NCBI GenBank assembly: GCA_029570375.1 | Contig: JAKPXB010000049.1 | Span: forward strand, 25,046-89,045 | DNA: 64,000 nucleotides | Direction: 5' to 3' | Source of the DNA: Bacillota bacterium | GTDB lineage: Bacteria; Bacillota; Clostridia; Saccharofermentanales; DTU023 | Shown here: one piece after another, positions 36,545 to 46,402 of the stretch | Layout: every line of letters begins with the position of its first letter | Numbering within the stretch: the first letter of the stretch is position 1 | The notes under the pieces: model-generated | What the model was told of the DNA's origin: nothing | What the model saw: only the letters and a program-made list of their open reading frames with translations | Database searches by the model: none | Translations under genes and position numbers: made by a program

Positions 36545-36919
36545 TCAATTCCTCTCGTCTCCCCTCAGCCCCAGCAGGCCTTCCAGCGCGTCAAGCGCGC
36601 GCATTGTCTTCTCACTCTCTCCGTGTTGAAGTGATTCGCGCGCGTCCTGCAGCCGCTTCGACATCTCCCTGTCGCGCTCGGCGAGACGTAGTCTGAGCTC
36701 AAAGGCTTCCAGCCTGGCGGCTCCGCGCCTTACCTGTTCGTGGACGCCCTGACGCGTGAGCCCCGTCAGATCGGCGATCTCCGCCAGGGACAGATCGTCG
36801 GCGAAAAAGTACGTCATAATCTGCAGCTGGCGTTCACTCAGGAAATCGCCGTAGTAATCGAGCCATAGACAGATATCTGTATGAGAAGATTTCAGTTGTC
36901 GCGCCTGCGGTTCTTTCAT
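36545..36919 (-). CDS. ylxM: YlxM/p13-like putative DNA-binding protein
   Basis: LDYYGDFLSERQLQIMTYFFADDLSLAEIADLTGLTRQGVHEQV (sigma-70 region 4-like HTH). It lies immediately upstream of ffh. The start is ATG 36919, because the 36955 start is a TTG inside the promoter -35. Confidence 0.8.
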   Translation of the reverse strand: MKEPQARQLKSSHTDICLWLDYYGDFLSERQLQIMTYFFADDLSLAEIADLTGLTRQGVHEQVRRGAARLEAFELRLRLAERDREMSKRLQDARESLQHGESEKTMRALDALEGLLGLRGDERN

Positions 36920-36926
36920 AAACGGG

Positions 36927-36955
36927 ATTATAACGGGCACCGCCCATGCTGTCAA
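36927..36955 (-). promoter_or_regulatory. Consensus sigma-A promoter TTGACA-17 nt-TATAAT for ylxM-ffh
   Basis: The minus strand reads cTTGACAgcatgggcggtgcccgtTATAATcccgtttATG. The -10 ends 7 nt before the ylxM ATG and no SD is visible. Confidence 0.65.
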
Positions 36956-37049
36956 GTATTATTGTTGACAGATAAGGCCGTGAGACGCACCGTGTTTCCA
37001 GGTGAAACCTCTGTGTTCACCGCAGGGCAGACAATCCTCAGAAGAACAT

Positions 37050-37961
37050 TCAGCTCTCGGGAAGAAGGGCTCTCAGGAACAGTTCGCGGTCAAAATCCTG
37101 CAGGTCGTCCGCGCCCTCGCCAAGGCCGGCGAGCGCGATCGGAAGTCCCGTCTCGCGCGCGACGGCGATCGCCACCCCGCCCTTGGCGTTCCCGTCGAGC
37201 TTGGTGATCACGAGCCCCGTGACGGAAGTGGCTTCGTGGAACGCGCGCGCCTGGATAATCGCGTTCTGCCCCGTCGTCGCGTCAATCACCAGAAGCGTTT
37301 CAACCCTGGCTTCGGGCGCTTCGCGTTGAATCACGCGCCTGATTTTCGCCAGTTCATCCATCAGATTCTTCTTCGTGTGAAGGCGTCCGGCCGTATCGAT
37401 CAGGAGCAGTTCCGTCCCTCGCGCCCTGGCCGCCCGGATCGCGTCAAAGACCACAGCCGCCGGATCGGCGCCCATATCGTGCGCGATCACGGTTGTCTCT
37501 GTCCTTGCTCCCCATACTTTCAGCTGATCGATGGCGGCCGCTCTGAATGTGTCGGCGGCGGCCATCATGACGCGGTAACTCTCGCGTTTTGCGCGCTGCG
37601 CGAGCTTGGCTGATGTGGTCGTCTTGCCTGTTCCGTTGACACCGACCATGAGATAAATCGTGAGCTGTCCGCGGTCGAGCGTCAGCTTCTTCTCGGTGAG
37701 CCGTTCCATCAGCGCATCGTAGAGAACTTTCATCACAGCTTCCCGCGACGCGTCGCCGGTGTCCCTTATGTGTTTACGGATCGACTCAATCGCTTCCGTC
37801 GAAGCCGTTACGCCGCAGTCAGCCTGGATGAGTGTCATCTCAAGCTCATCGAGCATATCGTCATCGAAATGGCCGAGTCCGGCAGCGACGCGATTGAGCT
37901 GCGATGTCACAAAGCCGCGCGTCTTCGCCAATCCTCTTTTAAATGTGTCGAAAAGACTCAC
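37050..37961 (-). CDS. ftsY: Signal recognition particle receptor FtsY
   Basis: NG domain GVNGTGKTTTSAKL, DTAGR, TKLDGNAKGG. GTG start with a GGGAGA RBS. Confidence 0.95.
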   Translation of the reverse strand: MSLFDTFKRGLAKTRGFVTSQLNRVAAGLGHFDDDMLDELEMTLIQADCGVTASTEAIESIRKHIRDTGDASREAVMKVLYDALMERLTEKKLTLDRGQLTIYLMVGVNGTGKTTTSAKLAQRAKRESYRVMMAAADTFRAAAIDQLKVWGARTETTVIAHDMGADPAAVVFDAIRAARARGTELLLIDTAGRLHTKKNLMDELAKIRRVIQREAPEARVETLLVIDATTGQNAIIQARAFHEATSVTGLVITKLDGNAKGGVAIAVARETGLPIALAGLGEGADDLQDFDRELFLRALLPES

Positions 37962-38041
37962 TGTATTCTCCCGTCTAACTTCTTTGATGCCGGCTTGCGA
38001 GCGCCGTCCGTTCCGGAATCCGCCATATGCCGGAAGTCCGG

Positions 38042-41000
38042 TCAGTCACCGAATGACAGCGCGGAGGAGAGCTTCATCGAAAGGACGCGCGAGATGCCTC
38101 TTTCCTGCATCGTGACGCCGTACAGCCGATCCGACGCCTCCATGGTCCCCTTACGGTGCGTGACGAGGATGAACTGCATCGACCACGCATAGCGGCGGAC
38201 ATAGTCGGTGAAGCGCTGCACATTCGCGTCATCAAGCGCCGATTCCACCTCGTCAAACACGCAAAACGGCGCCGGCTTGAGTTTTAGTATGGCAAACAGG
38301 AGCGCGATCGCCGTCAGGCTCCGCTCGCCGCCCGAAAGGAGCGACAGCTTCTGAAGCTTCTTGCCGGGGGGCTGCGCACGGATGGAAATATCCGCGAGCA
38401 GAACGTCATCATCTCCTTCGAGAACGATGTCGGCCTGTCCTCCGGAGAACAGCTCGGAGAAGACCTGGCCGAAATTCTGGTTGATCATGTGAAAAGTTTT
38501 ATTGAACTCTTCGCGCATCGACTGGTCGAGCTTCCGGATGACCGAGGCGAGTTCCCGTCCCGCCTTCTCGATATCGTCGCGCTGCGCCGTCATGTATTCA
38601 ATCCTGTCTTTCAGCGCCCCGTATTCTGCTATGGCGTTGTGGTTAATCGGACCGAGATTTTCAATCTTTCGTCTGAGTTCCGCGCGCTCAGATGTCGCTT
38701 TTGAAACGGAGACAATCTCACACGCCTCGTGCTCCGCTTCAAAACGCGTCATCCCGTGGTTCTCCCACAGCTTATTGAGCTGGTCGTCAATCTGCTCACC
38801 GCTCCGCGCGAGTTCAGACAGCTGGCGCTCATGAACCGCCGCGAGCGCAGACACGCGGTCGTTCGCGCCGGTCATCGCCGTCAGCAGCTGACGCTGGCGG
38901 ACGGACTCTTCTTCCCGCTTCTCCATCAGCGCCGCAACCGTCTCCTGACTCTCCCGGCGCTCTTTCGTCGCTCTTTCAAGGCTGAGGCGGTTCTCCTCGA
39001 TGTCGTGCCGGCACTTATCGATCAGCCGGTTTTGTTCAGTCAGTTCACGCCCGACTGATTTGAGTCTCGTTTCAGCCGCCTCTTTCTCGCCGCCCGTACG
39101 CGTCGTGAGCAAGTCGAAATCAGCAATCGACGCGTCAATGGAACTGATTGTCACTTTGAGGTGCGTGACGCGGTCGCGGCATTCGTCCCGCGCGGCTGTC
39201 TGTTTTGTATTCTCTGATTCGAACTGACCGACAAGTACAGCCGCCTCGTCCCGCGCGCGGATTGTTTCCAGGCGCTCGCTCTCCAGACGTTCCATCGCGA
39301 GAGCAATCTCTTCACGCCGTTTTTCGACCGACGACGCTTCCTTATCCAGTTCGAGATGCCTTTGGGCGAGGCGTGCGGCTGACTGCTCTCCGGCAGCGAG
39401 CTCCGCGGCGAGCTGCAGATGGCGGCGGCGCGTATCCGCGAGTTCCTGCAGCAGTGCTTCTTCTTTCGCGGCGGCGTTCTTAAGCGCTTCCGTCGCTCCC
39501 TCAAGGTCCGAACGCATCTCTTCCACTCTCTTTTCAAGCGACTGGACGCGTGCGCCGATCTCACGTATTCTGGCCGGTCTTCCGATCACCCCGGTTGTCT
39601 TAGGCGACATCCATCCGCCCGTCATCGAGCCGCCCCGGTGCACGATATCGCCGTCCTTCGAGACAACAGTGTATGCGCGGCCAGTCGCTTCGCTCAGCGC
39701 CATGGCGTCTTCCAGCGTCTCCACGATCAGCGTCCTTCCGAGCGAATACTGCAGCGCGGCATTCACACTCTCCGGACATGATACGAGGCTTCCCGCGACG
39801 CCGACCCACCCGTTTGAGCGCCGCGCCTTATCCAGTATCCTGCCGTCGATCGGACCGGAATGAATGGAACGGACAGGCAGAAATGTGACGCGGCCGGCGC
39901 GCGAATCGCGCAGCCATTTTATCCAGTCCCTCGCCGTCTCAGGCGTATCACATACCACATGATGTGTCGAAGCCCCCAGTGCGACCTCGATCGCGCGCGC
40001 CAGATCGTCAGGCACCTCGATCAGCGAGCCAAGCGGTCCGAAAACGCCGGTGTCACCAGCTCCGCCGGTCGTCCGCTTCACCTGCCGCATCAGCGTCTGC
40101 ACAGGGCGCTGATATCCCTCAAAGGAGGATTCCAGACGGTCGAGTGTCTCCGCTTCGTAGCGCAGCTTTTGAATTTCGGTATCAGCCTTCCCGAGCGACG
40201 CGTCGATCGAATCCGCTCCAAGATGGCATTTCTGCGTCTCCGCTTTCGCCTCCGAGGCGCCGCGTTCAAGCGAAGCGATCCTTTTTTCCTTCTCCGAGGC
40301 TTCTGATCGGAGCCGGCTTATCTCCGACTCCGCTTTCCCGAGATCGGACAGGAGCGATGCGAGATCACGCCCGATATGGTCCTGGCGGACTGAAAGCGCC
40401 TGATTCTCCCCCGTCCGCTCGCGGTAAGCCGCGAGAAGGGCAAACGCCTTCTCGGAGAGTGCGTCGCGTCTCTTGACTGCCTCCGTGGAACGAGACTGCA
40501 ATTGGAGCTGTTCCTGTTCAACCGCGCGAAGCGCCTCCTGCGCGCGTTCATATTCAACGTAAGCCAGCTTCTTTTTCTCAATCAGCTCATTGCGCCGCGA
40601 AACCCTCCCGGAGAGCTCGTGGTCGTAAGCCATGACCTGCATCGTTAGGCGGTTCTGCTCTTCAAACAGCGATTCGGCGTTTTTCTTTGAAGCGTTCAGT
40701 TTTTCCCGGTAGAGCGCGTCGAGCCCTGTCTTCTCTGTTTCAATGACAGACAGTTCATTAAACCGCGCCTGTTCCCTGTCGATCTCCGCTTCCATGCCGT
40801 CAACGAGCGCGACGGCAGCCGTGTAAGCTCCGCGCGCCTCGCCCTGCTCTTCCCTGGCTTTCTCAAGGTCAAGTCTGGTAAGGTCCGCGTCTTTCGCCCG
40901 CTTCGCCTGCTGACCTTCAAGGCCGGCGATATGCTTCAGTGTCAGCGCCGCGTCGAGGCGGCGGTATCTCGCGGCAAGCTCCAGGTGAGACCGGGCGTCG

Positions 41001-41626
41001 TCCGCCTGTTTTGCGAGCGGCACGGCGCGGTCGTTCAGTTCGGCGAGCAGGTCATCCGCGCGGACAAGATTCTGCTCGCTGCGTTCGAGTTTTCGAAGCG
41101 CTTCTTCTTTGCGCGTCCTGTACTGGACAATACCTGACGCCTCCTCAAAAATAGCCCGGCGGTCCCCGGAACGGCTGCTGAGTATTTCATCGACTCTCCC
41201 CTGGCCGATAATGGAATACCCTTCAAGGCCAATCCCCGTATCCATCAGAAGTTCCGTGATATCGCGGAGCCGGCACGGCGTTTTGTTGATAAGGTACTCG
41301 CTCTCACCCGAGCGGTAATATCTCCTCGTGATCGAAACGGTTTCAAAATCGATCGGCAGAATATGGTTGGAATTGTCGAGCGCCAGCGTAACTTCGGAGA
41401 AACTGACAGCGCGCCGCTGGGCCGTCCCGTTAAAGATCACATCCTCCATCCGGCTCCCGCGGAGTGTTTTCGCGCTCTGTTCGCCGAGCACCCAGCGGAT
41501 CGCGTCCGTGATATTCGATTTACCGGCCCCGTTCGGACCGACAATAGCCGTCACCCCTTCATGGAAAACGAGTTCCGTCCGTTCGGGAAAAGATTTAAAC
41601 CCCTGGATTTCAAGCGATTTTAACAT
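38042..41626 (-). CDS. smc: Chromosome condensation/segregation ATPase Smc
   Basis: 1194 aa. N-terminal Walker A GPNGAGKSN, long coiled coils, a hinge, and C-terminal LSGGERSLTAIALLFA / FCVFDEVESALD. Confidence 0.95.
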   Translation of the reverse strand: MLKSLEIQGFKSFPERTELVFHEGVTAIVGPNGAGKSNITDAIRWVLGEQSAKTLRGSRMEDVIFNGTAQRRAVSFSEVTLALDNSNHILPIDFETVSITRRYYRSGESEYLINKTPCRLRDITELLMDTGIGLEGYSIIGQGRVDEILSSRSGDRRAIFEEASGIVQYRTRKEEALRKLERSEQNLVRADDLLAELNDRAVPLAKQADDARSHLELAARYRRLDAALTLKHIAGLEGQQAKRAKDADLTRLDLEKAREEQGEARGAYTAAVALVDGMEAEIDREQARFNELSVIETEKTGLDALYREKLNASKKNAESLFEEQNRLTMQVMAYDHELSGRVSRRNELIEKKKLAYVEYERAQEALRAVEQEQLQLQSRSTEAVKRRDALSEKAFALLAAYRERTGENQALSVRQDHIGRDLASLLSDLGKAESEISRLRSEASEKEKRIASLERGASEAKAETQKCHLGADSIDASLGKADTEIQKLRYEAETLDRLESSFEGYQRPVQTLMRQVKRTTGGAGDTGVFGPLGSLIEVPDDLARAIEVALGASTHHVVCDTPETARDWIKWLRDSRAGRVTFLPVRSIHSGPIDGRILDKARRSNGWVGVAGSLVSCPESVNAALQYSLGRTLIVETLEDAMALSEATGRAYTVVSKDGDIVHRGGSMTGGWMSPKTTGVIGRPARIREIGARVQSLEKRVEEMRSDLEGATEALKNAAAKEEALLQELADTRRRHLQLAAELAAGEQSAARLAQRHLELDKEASSVEKRREEIALAMERLESERLETIRARDEAAVLVGQFESENTKQTAARDECRDRVTHLKVTISSIDASIADFDLLTTRTGGEKEAAETRLKSVGRELTEQNRLIDKCRHDIEENRLSLERATKERRESQETVAALMEKREEESVRQRQLLTAMTGANDRVSALAAVHERQLSELARSGEQIDDQLNKLWENHGMTRFEAEHEACEIVSVSKATSERAELRRKIENLGPINHNAIAEYGALKDRIEYMTAQRDDIEKAGRELASVIRKLDQSMREEFNKTFHMINQNFGQVFSELFSGGQADIVLEGDDDVLLADISIRAQPPGKKLQKLSLLSGGERSLTAIALLFAILKLKPAPFCVFDEVESALDDANVQRFTDYVRRYAWSMQFILVTHRKGTMEASDRLYGVTMQERGISRVLSMKLSSALSFGD

Positions 41627-41632
41627 GAGGGA

Positions 41633-42373
41633 TCAGTCTTCTTTCACGGCATGCCGGAAATAATAGTCGCGCGAAGCATCCTGTTCGGCCGCTTTCTTCG
41701 TCCGCCCTGATCCCTCCGCGGAGAGCTCGCCGTTGATAAACAGACCGACTTTAAACAGGCGGTCATGGACGGGACCGATCTCCTCGAGAACCTGGAAGGT
41801 GGGAACGATATCGCCGAGTGCCTGCGCCCATTCGTAGAGCTGACTCTTATAGTCATAGATCAGCTGACCCTTCAGCGCCAAAGAAAAATACGGAGCAAAA
41901 AGCCTGAGGATGACCTCGCGCGCCGCTTCATACCCACCTTCGGAAAAGACAGCGCCGAGTACCGCTTCAACAGAATCAGAAAGGTTAGAAGACTTCTCCG
42001 CCCCGCCCGCGAGCTCTTCCCCGCGCCCGAAGCGCATGAATGACCCCAGACTGAGAGCGCGCGCGACAAGGACCAGTGTCGGCTCGCACACGATGCCGGC
42101 GCGCAGTTTCGTCATGTCGCCCTCCGGCGTGTCGGGGAGAATCCGGAACAGGTGTTCCGTCACCACCAGCTGCAGAACTGCATCACCTAAGAACTCAAGT
42201 CTCTGATTGTCAGATGTCTGCGCTTCCTGCTCATAGGCAAACGACGGATGCGTCAACGCGTCGACAATCCGCTGCCTGTCCTTGAACGAGTAGCCGATAT
42301 AAGTCTCCAGTTTCGTCAGATCCGGATCCACAGATAATGAGCGTTGGTCAGCGTCGGACGCAGAAGCGCGCAT
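41633..42373 (-). CDS. rnc: Ribonuclease III
   Basis: RNase III signature NQRLEFLGDAVL plus a C-terminal dsRBD (GPVHDRLFKV...GSGRTKKAAEQDAS). Confidence 0.9.
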   Translation of the reverse strand: MRASASDADQRSLSVDPDLTKLETYIGYSFKDRQRIVDALTHPSFAYEQEAQTSDNQRLEFLGDAVLQLVVTEHLFRILPDTPEGDMTKLRAGIVCEPTLVLVARALSLGSFMRFGRGEELAGGAEKSSNLSDSVEAVLGAVFSEGGYEAAREVILRLFAPYFSLALKGQLIYDYKSQLYEWAQALGDIVPTFQVLEEIGPVHDRLFKVGLFINGELSAEGSGRTKKAAEQDASRDYYFRHAVKED

Positions 42374-42376
42374 AGA

Positions 42377-42616
42377 TTACAGGTTGGCCATAATGAAATC
42401 GACCGCGTCACCAACCGTACGAATACGCTCAGCTTCTTCATCGGGAATCGCAAGATCAAACTCGGCTTCCATGGACATCACCAATTCAACAATATCGAGT
42501 GAGTCGGCATTGAGATCCTCAATGAAATTGGAGGAAAGCGTAATGGTCTCTTCATCAATGCTCAGCTGTTCCGACAAAATCGTGCGAACTCTCTTTAGAA
42601 CTTCCTGTTGCGTCAT
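42377..42616 (-). CDS. acpP: Acyl carrier protein
   Basis: 79 aa with the phosphopantetheine site [13 protein letters not shown]. Confidence 0.95.
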   Translation of the reverse strand: MTQQEVLKRVRTILSEQLSIDEETITLSSNFIEDLNADSLDIVELVMSMEAEFDLAIPDEEAERIRTVGDAVDFIMANL

Positions 42617-42672
42617 TTCGTTTCTCCTTAAATGAATTATGAATGATCCTTGTGAAAGCCGTATCCGCCCGC

Positions 42673-43296
42673 TCAGGCTTCTTCCGAACCCCGGAGCAGA
42701 TTCTTGTTTTTCAGCCAGTAGTCCAGGCCGGAAAACACCGTCAACAGAACAGTCACGGCGACTAATATATCACATACGTAGGTCCAGGGCGTCCCGTAGC
42801 CGAAAAAAGGTTTTGCGGGGTCTATCCACTGAACAATAATCGGTTCAAACATCAGGGCAATCAGCGAGATGATCTGGAACAGCGTCTTGATTTTGCCGAA
42901 CCAGCTCGCAGCGATAACCACACCGCGGTCAACCGCAATCTGGCGGATTCCCGTGACGAGGAACTCGCGGGCGGCAATAACGACAATCACATAGGTGGAT
43001 ATTCTTCCAAGCGCAGTAAAAGCGACAAACACCGACAGAACGAGCAGCTTGTCCGCAATGGGATCGAAGAGTTTCCCGAAATTGGAGACAAGCCCCTGTT
43101 TTCTGGCGAACATACCGTCGAGCAGATCCGTCAATGCCGCTATGATGAAGAAGATCAGCGCGATGATACGGCCGGGCGCGGAGAGAATAAACCCCGAAAA
43201 CGCCGTGTCCTTCCCAAATGGAAGAGGCAGCATAAAAAACAATATGACCGGAATCATGATAATTCGTGATAGCGTCAGTTTATTCGCGATATTCAT
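42673..43296 (-). CDS. pgsA: CDP-diacylglycerol--glycerol-3-phosphate 3-phosphatidyltransferase
   Basis: CDP-alcohol phosphatidyltransferase motif [28 protein letters not shown]-terminus NKLTLSRI. Confidence 0.9.
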   Translation of the reverse strand: MNIANKLTLSRIIMIPVILFFMLPLPFGKDTAFSGFILSAPGRIIALIFFIIAALTDLLDGMFARKQGLVSNFGKLFDPIADKLLVLSVFVAFTALGRISTYVIVVIAAREFLVTGIRQIAVDRGVVIAASWFGKIKTLFQIISLIALMFEPIIVQWIDPAKPFFGYGTPWTYVCDILVAVTVLLTVFSGLDYWLKNKNLLRGSEEA

Positions 43297-44656
43297 CGAC
43301 CGTTACTCCTGTCAGATCGTATACCCCGGCATCCACAATCCGCACCACTGGCCGGCTGCCGACGCAGAAGTCCGGAGAGGTGGACGCGACATAAAGAACA
43401 GGATCTATATCCGGCGCTTCTCCGTAACTTCTTCCTTGGAAAAGTATACCACGCTCATCGAAACCTTCAAGTAAAACAGGGATCTCCTGCCCGATACGCG
43501 CCCTGTTCCGCTCCAGCGATATCTGCTGCTGCAGCTTCATGACTGCCTCTCTTCGCGCGCGCGCAAGCTCAGCGGGAACCTGATCGGGAAGTTCAGCCGC
43601 CCGTGTCCCTTCCTCCGGATAGAACACGAAACATCCGAGCCGGTCAAACCGGATCTTCCCGATAAAATCCAGAAGCTCTTCGAAGTCTTCGTCCGTCTCG
43701 CCGGGAAAACCGACCATAACAGTCGTACGCAGGATGACATCGGGTATGCGCTCGCGCACCCTGGCGATGCGGCTTTCGATGACAGCCGCCGTCTCATGCC
43801 TCCGCATCCGCTTCAACACGCGGTCGGAAGCATGCTGAATTGGCAGGTCGAGGTAGTGGGCGGCTTTGGGATTGACCGCCAATTCCCCGATCAGCGCGTC
43901 GGTGAGCCTGTCAGCGTAAAAATAAAGACACCGTATCAGCTCAGCTCCCGGTACATGAACGGAAAGATCGCGAAGAAGCTCCGCGAGTGTCGGGCGGGAC
44001 GGCAGATCATTTCCGTATCGCGTCGTGTCCTGCGCGACGAGGATGAGCTCCTTGACGCCCTGTTCGACGAGCCGTCCGCATTCATCGATGATCGCCTGAG
44101 GTTCACGCGAGCGCTGGCGGCCACGGATAGAGGGAATCGCACAGTAACTGCAGGCGTTTGAACAGCCTTCCGCGATTTTGACATACGCGTAAGTGCCGCG
44201 GGCGGCTGACGGTGTCCTTTCGCAGCTGAGATGGCTCAGGTCACCAGGCGAGCCGGGCACATGCCTTGAGAGGTCGTCTCCCCGGCTGAGCCGGCGGAGC
44301 ACCCGCGCGATCTCCTTGTACTCGCCCGTACCGAGAACGGCGTCCACTTCCGGCAATTCCCTGCAGATATCCCCCCCGTACCGCTGCGCGAGACAGCCTG
44401 TCACCACAAGGTACTTTCTCCCTCCCCCGGCGCGCTTGTGCCGGGCGAGATCCAGAATGGCGTCAATCGCCTCTTCAGCGGCCGGTTGGATAAAAGCGCA
44501 GGTGTTGACGATCAGATAATCTGCGCGGGAAGGTTCGCGCTCGAAGACAAAGCCTTCCGCCTTTAACAGCGCGCTCATGCATTCCGCGTCCACTTCGTTC
44601 TTCGGACAGCCGAGCGAAAGCAGATAAAAGGACTTGGCTGGACCGAGATCAGGCAT
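43280..44656 (-). CDS. rimO: Ribosomal protein S12 methylthiotransferase RimO
   Basis: UPF0004 domain (LSLGCPKNEVDAE), radical-SAM CSNACSYC and a TRAM C-terminus. The ATG at 44656 overlaps the recX stop by 8 nt. Confidence 0.9.
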   Translation of the reverse strand: MPDLGPAKSFYLLSLGCPKNEVDAECMSALLKAEGFVFEREPSRADYLIVNTCAFIQPAAEEAIDAILDLARHKRAGGGRKYLVVTGCLAQRYGGDICRELPEVDAVLGTGEYKEIARVLRRLSRGDDLSRHVPGSPGDLSHLSCERTPSAARGTYAYVKIAEGCSNACSYCAIPSIRGRQRSREPQAIIDECGRLVEQGVKELILVAQDTTRYGNDLPSRPTLAELLRDLSVHVPGAELIRCLYFYADRLTDALIGELAVNPKAAHYLDLPIQHASDRVLKRMRRHETAAVIESRIARVRERIPDVILRTTVMVGFPGETDEDFEELLDFIGKIRFDRLGCFVFYPEEGTRAAELPDQVPAELARARREAVMKLQQQISLERNRARIGQEIPVLLEGFDERGILFQGRSYGEAPDIDPVLYVASTSPDFCVGSRPVVRIVDAGVYDLTGVTVDEYRE

Positions 44657-45128
44657 CTTCCGTATTCTCTTCGGCAGAAGCGACAAAACGCCGGACGATC
44701 GCGCGCGATATATCCGGGGCATAGCCCCTACGGGTGAGCAGTTTCATCATGAGCGGCTCCTGTTCGCGGTCGGGAACGGCGAATGACGCCCGGCAGAGCT
44801 GAAGGCCTGTGTCGCGGTCATCCACCAGCGCTTCCGCCTCATCCCGCGCGATGTCGGACGGAATCCCGTTGCGAAGGAAAACCTGGAACATCGCGCGCTT
44901 CGAACGCAGGCTCCTCCCTGTATAGCGGCGCGCCACACGTTGGGCCGCCCGCCTGTCATCGATATAGTCAATTGATCTGAGATATTCAATCACCTGATCC
45001 GCCGTCTTCCCGTCGACCCCTTTTTTTCTCAGATTATCGCGCACTTTGCCGGAAGACTTGAAGCGGTCAATCCCGATATAGGCGACAGCCGTCTCCCGCG
45101 CTTTGTCGAAAACCGGTGAGGATGTCAC
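44649..45128 (-). CDS. recX: Recombination regulator RecX
   Basis: 159 aa with helical repeats ([21 protein letters not shown]). GTGA overlap with the recA stop. Confidence 0.85.
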   Translation of the reverse strand: MTSSPVFDKARETAVAYIGIDRFKSSGKVRDNLRKKGVDGKTADQVIEYLRSIDYIDDRRAAQRVARRYTGRSLRSKRAMFQVFLRNGIPSDIARDEAEALVDDRDTGLQLCRASFAVPDREQEPLMMKLLTRRGYAPDISRAIVRRFVASAEENTEDA

Positions 45129-46255
45129 GAGTCAAGTCCCAGGATGGCGTCGACGTCTTCGTCAAGAAACCCATCATCGCTGACGCTGTGTTTCGCCTGT
45201 TCCTTACCGTCGCTTTCAGCGCGATCAAGGTAATGGGCTCTGACTTTCGCGCTTATCTCTTCAAACAGCTCCGCATTCGCCTCATCCTCAAAATAGGCGC
45301 GCACATTCTCACGACCCTGTCCCAGCCTCTTCTCCCCGTAGGAGAACCACGAACCGCTCTTGTTGATAATGCCCGCGTCCACTCCCATATCGAGGACACA
45401 CCCCGCCTGGGAAATGCCCTTGCCGTAGAGGATATCGAACTCAGCTTCGCGGAAAGGCGGCGCCACTTTGTTCTTCACCACTTTCACGCGTGTCCGCGAG
45501 CCGACCATTTCTTCGCCCATCTCAATCTTGCCGATCCGGCGCACATCGAGGCGGACACTGGCGTAAAATTTCAGGGCGCGGCCGCCTGTCGTCGTCTCGG
45601 GATTACCGAACATGACGCCGATTTTCTCACGCAGCTGATTGATAAAAATCACCAGCGTGCGGCTCTTGTTGATGACAGCGGCGAGCTTGCGGAGAGCCTG
45701 CGACATGAGGCGCGCCTGCAGACCGACGACAGAATCGCCCATCTCTCCGTCAATCTCCGCGCGCGGGACAAGCGCCGCGACGGAATCCACCACAATGATA
45801 TCGACGGCGCCGGAGCGGGCCAGCGCCTCAGCGATCTCCAGCGCCTGTTCACCGTAATCAGGCTGGGAGACAATCAGGTTGTCGATATCGACACCGAGGT
45901 TCTCCGCGTAGATCGGGTCGAGCGAATGTTCCGCGTCGATGAAAGCCGCCACACCTCCGAGTTTCTGAACTTCGGCGATGCTGTGAAGCGCCACGGTCGT
46001 CTTGCCCGAGGCTTCCGGTCCGTACACTTCGACGACGCGGCCGCGCGGAAGCCCGCCGATCCCGAGCGCGACATCGAGCGACAGCGCCCCCGTCGGAACG
46101 GCTTCAACTTCCATGGACGCCGTATCGCCCAGTGTCAGCACCGCCCCCTTGCCGAAGTCTTTCTCTATGCGGTCAAGCGCCGCTTTCAGCGCCGCCTGCC
46201 GATCTTTATCTTCAATCGGTTTGACATCTTGTTTAGATTTAGATCTCTTTGTCAT
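45125..46255 (-). CDS. recA: Recombinase RecA
   Basis: [72 protein letters not shown] is present. Confidence 0.97.
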   Translation of the reverse strand: MTKRSKSKQDVKPIEDKDRQAALKAALDRIEKDFGKGAVLTLGDTASMEVEAVPTGALSLDVALGIGGLPRGRVVEVYGPEASGKTTVALHSIAEVQKLGGVAAFIDAEHSLDPIYAENLGVDIDNLIVSQPDYGEQALEIAEALARSGAVDIIVVDSVAALVPRAEIDGEMGDSVVGLQARLMSQALRKLAAVINKSRTLVIFINQLREKIGVMFGNPETTTGGRALKFYASVRLDVRRIGKIEMGEEMVGSRTRVKVVKNKVAPPFREAEFDILYGKGISQAGCVLDMGVDAGIINKSGSWFSYGEKRLGQGRENVRAYFEDEANAELFEEISAKVRAHYLDRAESDGKEQAKHSVSDDGFLDEDVDAILGLDS

Positions 46256-46293
46256 CCATTTCCTCCTGTAGCCCGCCGGGGCGGAACATCATA

Positions 46294-46305
46294 GAACTTT
46301 TGTTC
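46294..46305. promoter_or_regulatory. LexA (Cheo) box GAACTTTTGTTC upstream of recA
   Basis: Perfect GAAC-N4-GTTC. It lies about 16 nt downstream of the recA -10 and 39 nt upstream of the ATG. Confidence 0.75.
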
Positions 46306-46320
46306 CTTCTTGTTGATTTA

Positions 46321-46349
46321 ATTCTATCGGACGCCGCCGTGAACGTCAA
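46321..46349 (-). promoter_or_regulatory. recA promoter TTGACG-17 nt-TAGAAT
   Basis: The minus strand reads gaTTGACGttcacggcggcgtccgaTAGAATtaaatc. Confidence 0.6.
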
Positions 46350-46402
46350 TCAATTACGCGCTATGAAGCGTCAATACAGGCCTTTGCCCGCATAGAACTG
46401 TG

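Noticed and set aside
45116-46294. A 392-aa ORF on the + strand, exactly antisense to recA.
   Set aside because: It is a shadow ORF typical of high-GC DNA. Its Arg/His/Asp-rich sequence is implausible, it has no RBS, and the opposite strand encodes an unmistakable RecA.
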